Below, piece after piece: positions 48,362 through 60,868 of a stretch of DNA of 64,000 nt. Origin of the DNA: Basidiobolus meristosporus CBS 931.73. Lineage: Eukaryota; Fungi; Basidiobolomycota. Where the stretch lies: the NCBI GenBank assembly GCA_002104905.1, contig MCFE01000141.1, positions 62,001 to 126,000 of the forward strand. The letters run 5' to 3'. The notes under the pieces are model-generated. The model worked only from the letters and a program-made list of their open reading frames with translations. It did not search any database and was not told the DNA's origin. Each line of letters opens with the position of its first letter. The stretch's first letter is position 1. The position numbers and the translations under genes were made by a program.

Positions 48362-49198
48362 CTAATTCGCAGTATCCCAGGTACTAAAGTGGTGGGAGAG
48401 TAGGGAGGGTCTGTTGGCAGTGTAGAAATCGTCGCGTCGCGGGAGGTAGTAACGCTGCTTTAACGGGCGTAGAATCTTGTTGGCCTTGATCATACTGGAC
48501 TCGGCGAGGCTGATTCGCAGATATTCCTGGTTAGAGCGGATGTTCCGTGGCCCCGATAGGCGAGGTGGAAGGAGCTCCTCAAAATCGTACTTCCGCTCCT
48601 TGATTCGGCTCGAGGGATCGGTGGATGGGCAGATGCCGTAGCTGTCCGGGGTTTCGTAGTTGCCCGCAAATCCCTGGCAGTGCGGGCCTTTCCCATGCCG
48701 ACATAACAGTTCGTTGGTGTATTTGATAAAGAGTGCTTTGGTGGGGTGAACCATCGCTACGAGCGTTTCCCGAGCTCGTTTCAATATCGTATCTGGTCGA
48801 GGCTCTCGTCGGTTGACCCCAGGGCATGCGTCAAGTGGGTTGGCGGACAGGGTTACACACAAGATGTTGGAGACGCCATCATCTTTGATGGGTAGCTCCG
48901 TGTAGGAGAATGGACATACGGAAACGGTTCCATGGAGGGCAGCCTCGTTCGAAAAGTCCGGGTGCTGTCCACCTAGGCTGGTCGAATTAGATATGTATAC
49001 AGGGGAGTTCAGCTTGCTCCAGCACTCGGAAGATACCGTCAGCACGGGTAGCACTGGGGAGGCTTTGGCGCTGATGGAGTCTCGAAATATGGTGGGTTGG
49101 GGGGTGACTTTGGGCGGGGTGGATCTACGCTGCTTTTTGGATTTACTAGCGCTACTACTTTGATTCTTCGACTTGAGGAACAAACGACCGCGGTCCAT
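48362..49198 (-). CDS. Hypothetical protein, 278 aa, intronless; basic Ser-rich N-terminus and a compact basic C-terminal motif
   Basis: ATG start, long open frame, TATAAATA 73 nt upstream, CT-rich leader; C-terminal RNIRSNQEYLRISLAESSMIKANKILRPLKQRYYLPRRDD. Confidence 0.85.
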   Translation of the reverse strand: MDRGRLFLKSKNQSSSASKSKKQRRSTPPKVTPQPTIFRDSISAKASPVLPVLTVSSECWSKLNSPVYISNSTSLGGQHPDFSNEAALHGTVSVCPFSYTELPIKDDGVSNILCVTLSANPLDACPGVNRREPRPDTILKRARETLVAMVHPTKALFIKYTNELLCRHGKGPHCQGFAGNYETPDSYGICPSTDPSSRIKERKYDFEELLPPRLSGPRNIRSNQEYLRISLAESSMIKANKILRPLKQRYYLPRRDDFYTANRPSLLSHHFSTWDTAN

Positions 49199-49270
49199 GA
49201 TGTACTAGGCGGAGAGGATAGGAGGTGGTGAGGTGTGGGAGAATTTCTGTCCATGGCAGGGCTGTGGCTA

Positions 49271-49278
49271 TATTTATA
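49271..49278 (-). promoter_or_regulatory. TATA box of the 48362-49198 gene
   Basis: Minus strand TATAAATA, followed by a CT-rich leader and the ATG at 49198. Confidence 0.6.
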
Positions 49279-51803
49279 TGCGCAGACCAGGCCTGATTTC
49301 GCTTCTCACGAACTATTATTTACCTATCTTGTAGGGACCCACTCATGCCTGGTGAGCCCATTGGCTGGCTTATATTACATTCAATTGAATCGTGATGGTT
49401 AATGTTGGGAGGATTGAATTGAATTCTTAAATAGGCGTACGATAAGGGTGTGCGTTTCGGGTCCGGCTTTTCTTCAGAGGGCAGCTTCGATCAGATATAT
49501 TAGTCGATGTGTACTCTATATGTGCCCATGGATGTCACCAACAGATTTGGTGAAGCTGCATGGTGGTGGTAACCACTTGAACCCTCGATAGCACAACATG
49601 AAGTGTCTGGCAACCCGTATCAGTGAGCGCTTGGAATCGCCGACAATAGGCTGGTGTATGGGCTGTGTACCGTCATGACCCATATGGCACCACTGCTCCA
49701 ACATCAACAGACATGCTCCAAATATCCAGGGTCCACAAGAATCCGATATCCCGTCTGGTGCTATGTGTATTTCCCGAACTGATAGGGTCTGAGGTGTTTC
49801 ATTGTGTTGCGCGTGTTTCCTGATTATGTGATCACAGATCCCGGGGATCGCTCAGCTTCTATCTGCTGTTTCAAAGCGGTGTTCAGCAACAGCCATTAGG
49901 AGCAGCTGACACGGTGGGTGCTGCCCACTGAAGATATATGTGAGATACATCCTGCATGAAGATGCTCATTCAATTTTCAGACCTTCGCTTCACACCACGG
50001 ATGCCGATGCGTGGTGTTCCAGATCAGTTTGAGCATAAGCTCGGAGCTCAAGCATCGATGAGTTTATCTCGCATCGACAGATCACAAAAGCTTATTCTGC
50101 ATGAGTCGTGTAGCCACCAAGCCAGCATACCTCACAAACACCTCTGACCTATCCTAGTGGAGTAGCTGAGCACCGCTGGTGTTGTCCGCCTTCCCTTGTG
50201 ATGCGTTACGTCATGGGAATCTCCCTCCAGCTAATCCTATTGCGTCGTGGCAAGTGAACAGCAACCAGGCATCGGTTGTTTGGCTAGTCAACTGGTATGT
50301 TGACTAAGAGTCACCACAGAGAACAATCCCATGGAGGTAGACCGACGCTGTGCTCCAGTCAGATCGGGTTCTCACACCTCCATTCCATTCTCAGGGTTGA
50401 TAAGCATTCAATTGCAACATTAACCAAGCATATTCGCACCCACAGCATATGGATTCCTGCTGCATACCCATCCAATTTGAAATCAAGCAGCCAGATGTCA
50501 GTCATTTGCGTAATATGTTCTCAGCATAGTCAGGTGCTCGTATCCAGATCCCGCATCCATTCCCTTCATGCCTTATCGTTAGCACGGGCAAACAGTGTGG
50601 ATGCTGCAGAAGCTGGGGGCAGATGTAAACCTCGCTTGTTGCCAAGTTTCAAGCCATGTCAGGTGATGCTCCGCTCTACTGAATGGGATGCATCGGAGAT
50701 TTCTTCCATGAGTTCTGAACGAACCCTGACTGACTTGAAACCGAGCCACATCGTAAGCCCGTCATCGATCCTCTGCGCTGCGCGACCTTCTGGTCTAGCC
50801 CGAGAACTAGCTCAACAGTAAGTTTGGGTTTGCACGCTATCTTGCATCCAGAACTCCGGAATATCTCGTAACCCTATTCCCAGGGTGACAATCGAGTGGT
50901 CATGTGGTCAACCAGATTCCCTATTCAAAACCCCAGTTTGAATCATTCAGTGGATCAATAAACAGAGAGAATAAAGGGTGTTCAGGATCGTTTTCTATCC
51001 ACAGTTGATAGAGGAATGTGAAACGGTGCCTACACCAATTGACACGAGTCTCTAGCTATCTGGGCTGCGATACCGTCTAACTCTTCGGGATCCTATTATC
51101 AGCGCGCTGCAAAGGCTTCATCTGTATCTGGTGTAGCACTTCCCGCCGCAAATGCTGGATAGGTTTCTAGTAGAGAAACAGAGGTTTCAGTCCGAATTCC
51201 CTCCTTCGTGTGCTGAACAACCATCTTTAGAATAGCTGAGCTTGTTTGTATGCAATATTGGCCCATTCGAGGGTTTCGTGGAGTTCTCCACTGGTCCAGA
51301 ACGAGGATGGCTTTAATGTCAACAGATGAGCTGGCTGTTGTGCCCCATCACATTGGCGAAGTCAGTGCTAACAGGATAAAGATAAACAGCTGTCCCTGGC
51401 AAAGCTTGATTTTCGTAAATATCTCAAACCAGCTCAAGGGAGTAAGGGGCGACTATATTTAACTGCAAATTCGGTTGGCTACTCTTGGATGCTGCTGACG
51501 TCCGACCCGGCATTTGATAGAGAACTGACGGCGAGACTCGGTTACGAAACAAGCATACCAGCCATCGCGTATCTAAACAACTTTATTGTATGGTTCTGTG
51601 AACACAGCTAGATCTGAGCAGCTGATAAATCGAGAGGCTGCTCAACAAGCACTTCTACGAACAGCACCGATCACCCAATTAACAATACATTAATGATTCC
51701 ATCTGTGAGTGTTTGCGGGAATTACTGGTCTGTAGAACTGCTAGAGCAAAACAGGCTGGCTCTGGGGAACTGCGGAGATTCTATCGGTGCGAGCTGAAGG
51801 ATA

Positions 51804-53031
51804 TCAGGGGGAAAGCCCTTCAGAGTTCAATTGCCTCATGTTGGCTTCTGTCACTGTCACCCCTTCCATTCTCGCCCAGTCCTGGCTGTTACTCCCTGGG
51901 ACTTCTACCTTCCTGGCTATCGGACGAGGTATTCTTGGTGAGAAAGGCTTGTGACACTCAGGTGAGCCTAGCTGAGGGTAATACTGTCTATAGGAGAAGT
52001 AGGCACAGCAGATTCCTGGCATGATGGGGTAAGTAGGGTCATGATGATGGCTAGGAGGTTTAGGAGTGCATACCAATAAGCGCACCTACTGTCACATCCT
52101 GCCAATGATGACGATAGTCGCATATTCTTGACACGCCTATCAAAGCCGCACCGACCATTGGCCCGATTGAAACGAAGCTTTTATATGTGTGACCTCTTTC
52201 GTCGAACAGGTGCAGTTTTCCGGCCAGGAAGCATGAGAGAAAAGTCAAACCTGCGAAGCTTACTGAAACAAGAGAATTAGATGAAGAGTTAGTTAGACAC
52301 CTGAAGTACGCACTCACAGGAGGTGTGGCCGCTTGGGAAGCTTTTCATCCCGTCGGTAAACACATACGCGTTCGTTTGAGTGCACACGTCGACAGAGGTT
52401 AATCCCAACGGCGGGTCTTTTGGCTCTTGCCCATTCTCCAGCATAGGCTGACAGCGCGAGATGAAATCAGGACGGTGTCTGCCGACGGTAACCTGAGAGG
52501 CGTATGAATAGTGAGCAAATGGAGCTATATGAGTGATAGTAACGCTTGCTAACCTTGAGCACATGTGTTATCATTAATGTTAGGGTCATGGCCAAGCACA
52601 ATCCTAAAATGACAGATTAACGGGGGTTCCATCACAATAAACGGGCTTTCCTCACCAAGCATTGAATTGTGGCAGTCGTAAGGACTTCTTCGAATCAGCA
52701 GCGAGACAAGTGCCATCAGAATGAGCGGGAGGACAAAGACTAGGACCTGTGGATGGGCCCTGGTTAGTAACCAGCTCGAAGCAAAATCAGGAGCAAAGGG
52801 AACCCTTCTTACAGCAGCCAAGCTCATCGGAATGGTGTCATACTGCTTGTGTGGAAAGCTTATTGACTTGTTGTCGAGAGAAAACAGGCGGTGGAACGGG
52901 GGGATTTTGTCCACCAAGAAAAACCCCAAGGCAAGAAGCCCGACGATCACCCAATCGACAAAGTATGACAAAATCAGGGTCTTCAGATGGCCCGGAGGAT
53001 AATCATTCTTGAAAATTGGATTTTTAGCCAT
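51804..53031 (-). CDS. PAP2 family lipid phosphate phosphatase (DPP1/LPP1-like), 311 aa, 6 exons (53031-52813, 52746-52656, 52603-52554, 52492-52318, 52262-52074, 52015-51804)
   Basis: All three PAP2 motifs assemble on splicing: KVTVGRHRPDF, SFPSGHTS, SRICDYRHHWQDV. Five GT-AG introns of 66, 52, 61, 55 and 58 nt with compatible phases; hydrophobic segments. Confidence 0.95.
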
Positions 53032-54133
53032 CGCAAGAAGGGTAAGGAGAGAGGCGACAAGAGCGCTTGTGCTGCATGGGACATATTTAAGTGGCGGCGT
53101 AGGGAGTGGCCAATGTGTAGATCTATTGATGAAGCAATTTGTCTCAGGCATCGGGCTGTTTAACTCCTTCATGAAATGGCCAAACAAATATGCCGAGTAG
53201 GACAGGCCACATCATAGCCTATTGATTACTGGAGACCATTCATAGTCGCCGGGAATGTGGATGGGATTTGTAGAGGCTCTCCTGCATCATGAAATCAGTT
53301 GTTTGAATCGTGCAGCACCTAATCAACTATAAGGCACCAGTGATGGCTTGAAGCCTAATGCTGAGATGACTAGCCAACCATTTTTGGCTTAAGCGGAGGT
53401 GGGGATGATTGGCCACTAAGCTGGATAGACGAATAAACACCATAGCCAATCATCTCCATCAATTTGCTTATCCAGGGCAGCTCCGCATTCATGGCAGCAA
53501 CCAGCCTTGCTTTCAACAGAAATATTGCCAACAATCCGCCGTTCAATGGATGGCCCTGCGTCTTGACAGGAGCGCATGATCGGACTAATGAGGCTACCCC
53601 CAGCACTATGCCCCAATGTTGCTATCCTGCGATCGTCTCCTTGCCACTGGCAGCTACAACCCACACCTTGAAACAGGAAGCAGCCTCCGCCCAAAGGTAC
53701 AGATGCCCGGTTGCCATACAGACATTGGCCCATGTCTATAGTTAGCCTGGCCCCACACAAGCGCCTATCAAATGATGAGACATCGGCCATCCCGACACTC
53801 AATCTGTTAAATTTACCCAGCAAGAGCCTAACTCAAGCCGCTTACTGCGGTGGATTTGGACTATGTCCTTATTTGGAAGCTATGGCTAAATACATCGATG
53901 GTTGATCAGAAGCTGGGCAGTTAAGGGAAAACGGTGCATGTAGTTTGATTGATCCTACCCAATGGAATTTGATTGGATATCATGGGGGTTGGTTAGGCTT
54001 GCTTTGTGGGCCCTTGTTGAGTGCAATGGCTACCGAACGATTGGCCATCTCTATCCTTGTTTATGCTGGTGTGCTCTCGGTGGCTCTTTAAATTGTGCAG
54101 GGTTACGAGAAACAATATTCACAGCCCGAAAGT

Positions 54134-55056
54134 ATGACAGTTATCCCCACTGTAGAGAGAAATCGGACCAAGAGAAAGGTGGTCTACGTCCCTCAAATGG
54201 ATGAGTTCTATAACCAGTGGTCAGAAGTGTGTTAACTATGCCTTCAGTTCGACTTACTCGATGCCATTTACTAACCAAAGCATCGCTTCTCCAGGTGTAT
54301 GATAATGATGGAAACGTCCTTCAACAGCTAGATGACTATCGCTTCAAATACACCTTGCCTAGGCTGATGGAAGAAATGGCTCTTAGTTCTTCTAAGAAAA
54401 AGATTCGCATTTTGGATTTTGGGTGTGGAACTGGTAGAAATCTTACAAGTTTCATGGGAATGCAGAAAGACATCCCCGGTTCAACATTTGCCAACCAAGG
54501 TGGACTCTGGACCGAGGTTGAGCTGGTGGCGATGGACATTTCTCAAGGCATGATGTCTAAAGCTCAAGCGAAAATAGCCGAGCTAAACTCACTTCCTAGC
54601 CGGCCTGACTGCAACTGTCACCTATCCTTTACCTGGCTGCTTTATGATATATTGTCGCAGCTTCCTGTTCCACCGATGGCCAAAAACATTGACATCATAT
54701 ATAGCACTCTTGTCCTGGAACATTTGCCCGAGCCTTGTCACTTTTTCAAATTCGCCAGACAATGCATCAACCCAGAGACCGGAAAGCTGTATATCTCCAA
54801 TATGCATCCAGATATGGGAGAAGGTACAAGTGCTGGCTACTACAATACTGATACGGGTGAGAAGGTCGTGGGATATTCTGCCAATCATCCGATTGAAAAC
54901 TTGATAGAGTTAGCCGAAGAGCACGGTTTCAAACTTTTAGAGAGGATTGAAGATGAGGTGAGAGATGCTGACCACGTGGGGCAATTGGGCCACAGAGCAC
55001 AGAAGTGGATTGGTGTTAGATTGTTGGTCATGCTGGTTTTCGGGATTGGTAAATAA
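54134..55056 (+). CDS. Class I SAM-dependent methyltransferase, 284 aa, 2 exons (54134-54226, 54295-55056)
   Basis: Motif I ILDFGCGTG, LVAMDISQGMM, DIIYSTLVLEH, GKLYISNMHP; 68-nt intron GTGTGT...TACTAAC...CCAG joins FYNQWSE to VYDNDGNVLQQLDD. Confidence 0.92.
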
Positions 55057-55769
55057 GCTGTCTTGATGCAAAGTTTACATATCAACTATCAATTAAAATA
55101 TTAAGCCCTAAATAATTTCCTAGTTGCTGGCCGCCGTTGATAGAATCCATGATTTAGTAATTGGTCTAGATATTCGCCAATTGTTTGAGTTAGCCCCGAA
55201 AATTAGCAATGCTTTCAAACTCGTCTAAATATGCTTGGGGTTTGCAACATTCTGTGATCTTTTTTGGCAGACTCCTGCTAAAAACTCAGTAAATCTCATC
55301 TAAAAAGAGTGCAATTTTTGCTGTCTACCTTGTAAATCCACAAAATCTAGCCCTACATGTTGTAAATTTTGTAGTTACATAACAAAATTTCTGTGAGAAA
55401 ATCCAAGCATGGATTTCATTTAGTATTTTACTGGTATCTCTCAGTCTATTCTTCATGTGTGAGTATCTCTGAGGCTGGTTACCATATTTGGCATGAGAAT
55501 TACTCAGGCACAATCCCTTTGAGGATATATGGCTACTTGTCCCCAAGGTGGTTAGGATGTCAGATAGTGAAGGCAGACACTTTAGAGAAAATTGGATTTC
55601 CAATGATACTGTGCTAGGTGTGGCAATTTTTCCATATGGTGTACAGTTAGAGCTTGTGCTTGGATAAAACACAATATGCTGTCAAAGTTTTGGAGATATT
55701 GGAAGTGATTGGGAGAACAAGTAGATTATGTGGTTTCCCTTAATGATTAATTGCATATTATAGTAATAT

Positions 55770-57262
55770 ATTATAAAAGTTTATATTTCCATCTAAATAT
55801 TCACTCTACTTAGTTACTTAGATCATTACCTACAAATCTTAGAGAATCCTCACCAAATTCCTTGCTGGGATTTACTTAGAATATTCTTGCCAAAATATCA
55901 TGTACCCAAAATATGAAAGTTCTCATAGTGGTCCAAACAGCCCCAAACCTTACCCACATGCTCTTGGGATGTTCCCAAGCCTATCTTACATGCTTTTATG
56001 CCAAGACCATGCAAAAGTACAAGTACCACTTTTACATTCAATCAGTCATTGAGTGAAACCCATATAATCTACTTGTTCTCACAATCACCTCTAGTATTTT
56101 CAAGACTATTACAACAGGTTATGAGTCCCAAGCTGTTACACCCTGCAATGTCAAATACCGCAATCACTGAATTTTCTCCCTCTGCAGTAAGTTGGATGGA
56201 TCTAACTACCAGGTATGGAAGGTGAAGATGAAGATACTGCTACAAGAAAGAGACCTTTGGGACATTATTATGGGAGATGAATGCCCTCCTAAAGATGTAG
56301 GTGAGGAAGCCTTCAAGTCTTGGAAGAGCAATCAAAGTGCCTTTAACTGCACTTGCCTTATTGTTAGAGACAAAATGTTAATTCAATGCTCATGAGCAAA
56401 AATGTCAAAGAATACCTGGAAGGTACCAGAAGAAGCCTACCAGCCATGTTCAGCTGCCAAGAAAATGTATTGTAGCCAAAGATGCTTTACTACAAAGATG
56501 CTGCCAGGAGAATAAAAGAAAAATCCAATTAATAGAATTGCCCTGCTTGTGGATGAGATGGAATCTGTGGGCACACCAACTACTGGCAAAGATGTGATAG
56601 TTACCATCCTGAATAGCCCAAGAGACAAGTTCCAGGGCATTGTATCAGCCCTAGAGTCCAGAATTGAAGATTTGACCTTAAATTACATATATGGAAGGCT
56701 CCTGGATGAATTGAGTATCACAGAATCTTTATAAGTTTATTGATTTTCATCATATCTGGAGGCCAACATAAGTCCCTATAAAATGTAATAGTAACCTATT
56801 TTGCAGCTATTCCAAAAGGAAAGGACACACATCAGACTGGTGCATCAAAAAGAGAGATAGTAAGCAGAAAAGGCCTGAATATTGAATTGCTGCAACAGCA
56901 GAAAATAGAATATTCATATCTGCACTGAATATGACCACAAACAAAGTTTCTTCAACATGGTATATTTACTCTGGAGCATTGCAACACTTTACATAACTAA
57001 AAGAATTTTTTACTCAATATCAAGAAATTTCATTCAAGAAGGTTTTCAATGGCGACAATGGAACACATGATACAGTGTGAGAAGGAACTATCCAAGTAAA
57101 CCTTACTAGCAGTGAAGGAAGCTGTATACTGACCTTCAAAGAAATACACTATATGCCAGAAATAGCCCAGAACCTCTATCTGTAAGCAAGGCCACAGCAG
57201 AAGGACTTGTTGTTAGCTTTGAAAATCTTGGATGCAGGATCACTGATCAAAATGGCTCCCAT
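55770..57262 (+). mobile_element. Decayed Copia-A element 6 (LTR to 56116, PBS 56117-56128, gag-PR relic); a minus-strand LTR fragment precedes it at ~55678-55760
   Basis: ORFs 55998-56225, 56192-56395, 56549-56734 match Copia-A gag; TTACAACA-GGTTATGAGTCC junction. Confidence 0.85.
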
Positions 57263-59070
57263 TGTTGTAAGAATTTGTAATTCCACCTAAATATTCACCT
57301 AAATTAGTCACTTAGATCATTACCTTCAAATCCTAGAGAATACGGACCAAACTCCCTATTGTAATATACTTAGAATATATTCACCAAAATACCAGGTGCC
57401 CAGATAATAAAAATTCTCAAAGTTGTCCAAACAGCCCCAAACTTTGCACACATGCTCTTGGTACCTTCCTTAGTCTATTCTATAAGCTAGTAGTGCCAAG
57501 ACCATGTAAAAGTAGAAATACTACTTTTACATTCAATAAATCATCAATTTATAGCTATATAATCTACCTGTTCTCCCAATCACTGCCAATATCTCCAAGA
57601 CTCTTACAGCATTCTACATGCATTCTATGCCAGGATCATATCAAAGTAGAATTATTTCTTATTCATTCATTGAATTATTAAGTGAAGACCTTATAAAATA
57701 CTTATTCTCCCAATCATGTTTAATACCTCCAAGTCTCTTACAACAGGTTATGACCCCCAAGCTGTCACTTGCTGCTATGTCTTCCACTGCTATTACTGTA
57801 ATTTTTCCCTTTGCTGAAAAGATGGACAGATCTAACTCCCAAGTGTGGAAGGTGAAGATGAAGATGCTGCTACAAAAAAGAGGCCTCTAAGATATTGTCA
57901 TGGGACAAGAATGCCCTCCTAAATATGTAGGATAGAAAGCCTCAAAGTAATAGTAGAGAGAACAAAGTGCCTAAAACTGCATATGCCTTAATGTTAAAGA
58001 CAAATTGCTAATTCAATGCTCAAGAGCAATAGCAGCAAAGAATGCCTGAAAGGCATTAGAAGAAGTATACTAGTCATGCCCAGCTACCAAGAAGATGTAT
58101 CTTAGACAAATATTTTCTACTACAAAGATGCTGCCAGGTTAGGAAATTAAAAATCTAATTAACAGAATCACACTGTTTGTCAATGAGATGAAATCTATGA
58201 GCATACCAACTACTGATGAGGATGAGATATTTACCATCCTGAATAGCCCAAGAGACAAGTTCCAGGGTATTGTATCCGCCCTAGAGTACAGAATTGAAGA
58301 TTTGACCTTATATTATGTATATGGAAGGCTCCTGGATGAATTGAGTATCACAGAATATTTACAAGTTTACTGATTTTTTATCATATCTGGAGGCCAACAT
58401 AAGTAGCTTAAGTGAAGAAACACCAATGCTTTGGTACTGGAGATTTGGACACACCAACTATGATTATCAGCGCAAGATGATCAAAGATCAGTTAATATCT
58501 GTAGTCAAAATTGATTCCCCAGCTAATTTGGAGCACTGTGAAGCCTATATATAAGGGAAGCAAGCCAGACAATTGCTTAAGAGCTCTGAGCTAATTGAAA
58601 CAAAGAAACAATAAGATATAATACATTTAGTTCTGTGTGGACCTTTAAAATAATTATCCTGAGGTGGGATGAGGTATGTAGTGAATTTATTGTTGATCAT
58701 ACAAGACACATGTGGGTCAACTTCCTGAAAAGAAACAAAGAAGCTCTGTCTAAGCTCAGGGAGCTTAAATCCTGGGTGGAAGAGAAACTAGTGAAAAATC
58801 AAGAAAATTTACACTGATAATGGTGGAGAATATACTTAAAGACACTTCATGCACTTCTGCAGAATTCATGGGATATAGCAAGAGACTACTGTACCAGACT
58901 CCTTACAGCAACATGGAGTATCAGAATGTACAAACAGATCAATAACTGACATGGCAAGACCTATTATCTTTAATCAGATAATAATCCTAAGATTCTGGGC
59001 AGAATCATTTGCTATAGCTATTTATCTCAAAGATAGGAGCTATAGCAGAGTACTTTGCTATTATATTTCA
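57263..59070 (+). mobile_element. Copia-A LTR 57263-57611, partial LTR 57612-57745, PBS 57746-57757, then gag joined by deletion to pre-integrase/integrase relic (element 7)
   Basis: TGTTGTAA...TTACAGCA; ORFs 57618-57890 and 58188-58373; integrase-like DNGGEY near 58815-58832. Confidence 0.85.
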
Positions 59071-59099
59071 TTTGAGAGATTTAAATCCACCACTCAATA

Positions 59100-60546
59100 A
59101 GCACTTCTGCTGCAACACTCTATATCCACAACTTTGGCAGGAACTCTAAGGCTCTATGCCATTGCTCATTCACTGGTTCCTATACATTCTAGTCTTCAGT
59201 CAGCACTGTAATGTCTAGCTCCTCATCTGCCAGTTTTTGCAACAAGTCCTTGTATTATTCAAGTGCATTTTCTTGAGTACTGCTCCTGAAGAAGTGCTGC
59301 AACCTCTTGGTGTGCCTATTAACGTTCCAAAATTTCACCAAAGGCATTGTGATAACCTTTTGAGTTCTTGACATTGTTACTTTGTCTGTCAGTGGGATCT
59401 CCACTTTGTTAACATTGGAGGATGTGGAGGCTGTGGTAGACAAATTGCCTTTCTCTGCAAACTCATCTACCTTGCTGGAGTGTAGCTCAACTGGCAGCAC
59501 TTCCAACTCTTGTGAAAACAGCTGTTTTTTTGTTGGTAATTCTTCTTGGCTATGATGCAATTCAGTCTGTTTGGGGCTTATGGTGTTCATTGGCAAGACC
59601 AGCAGCTTTTTCTCATACTTCCCTGTCTCTGGCTTGGGTAGATTTTTTCCCCTTTACTCTTTCCTTTATCACTGCCAGGTCTTCCACTGCTACTTTGTCA
59701 GAGTGCTTCTTGCATTGAACTGCATTTTCTGCGTGATATATACTGCTCTGATGCATCTGTTCTGGTTTACTTGTCCCTTGCTGGCACCCTGCTGGCAACC
59801 TACACTTCTTTCCTGCTTGTTTGAAGTTCTCAGTCCATGCTATGATGGGCTCCTGAGGTAGCTGCTTGTTTTTATCACTGCCAGGTCCATCACTACTACT
59901 TTGACTGAGTGCTTCCTGAGTAGAACTATCCTTTTTCTTTGGTAAATGCTGTGCTGGTGCATCCATGTCTGCCTGCTTTTCCCTTATTGGCACACACATA
60001 CCTATTGATCTTTGGCTTTAGTATATACACTGCATTTTCTCCCTCCAATGCTGTGATAGGTTTTTCTGTGGGCATTGTCTCTGGGCACTGTTGTTGTGCT
60101 TCAAAAACTGTGTAATGTTCCTTTGCTGTTACATTGGGAAGTGGCTCAATTCTTGGCTATGACATTCAGCTACTTGAGTTTCTTCTTTGCAGCAAAGACA
60201 CTGCTTTCTCTACCTGGGATATTGATTGCTCTACACCTTTTGTCTGCTCATCCTGTTTATGGACTATTTCTGGATTTCTTTGGGCCATTGCATCTATTGT
60301 ATCAGCCACTGCACCTAATTGCCTCATTAATGCTTTGGTATAAGCTGACAACATACTTGATAATACAGGTGGTGGTGATGTTAAGATGACCACTTGCCGG
60401 TCCTCAACTAAAGGCACTGCATTTGCTACATTCTCATCAGCCTCAACAATATGGTTAGCTAGCAGCTCTGCAGAGATTCTCAGTTGCCTTCTTGACTGAG
60501 AGCCTGAGGAGTCTGCATTATTACCATAAGTGGGCGCACTTTCCAC
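59100..60546 (-). pseudogene. Decayed accessory ORF divergent from the CACTA transposase (coiled-coil then low-complexity repeats)
   Basis: ORFs 60166-60546, 59613-59999 and 59255-59596 lie in series; homologous to 14100-15210. Confidence 0.5.
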
Positions 60547-60868
60547 AGGGCCTTTTTTTGGTGGTAGCCCTACTTATTGCACTGAATGCCAAAGCAAGCT
60601 GTTGTCCAGCTGCTCTTCTACTGCTGTCAATTGCAGGGTTTGGTTAGGAACTAGACAACTTTGCTTTATTTCTAGGAGGCATATATATGGAAGTGGGCCA
60701 AACCAAAGGGGAAATGGTGTTACATATTCATGTGTGTGTGGTGAAACAGCTTTTTTTATAATGCTTACTATGGCAGGTGATCACTGAATCTTACATTCAT
60801 GTATGTTCAATGTTGCAAATACAAGACTGTCTTAAACTCACATGAGTATTGACAAAAACATGGTATAA

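Larger units (their letters stand above)
40560..55230. other. CpG-normal gene island between CpG-depleted repeat blocks
   Basis: CG dinucleotides are common throughout this interval and nearly absent on both sides; all intact host genes fall inside it. Confidence 0.9.

Noticed and set aside
50297-50821. 174-codon plus-strand ORF
   Set aside because: No motif, no promoter cues, Ser/His-rich composition typical of chance ORFs; the possible 34-nt intron after it gives no better product.
55358-55673. Possible additional solo LTR (TGTTGTAA...AAAACACA)
   Set aside because: No second copy in the window, no TSD and an imperfect right end; probably a TE relic but not supportable.
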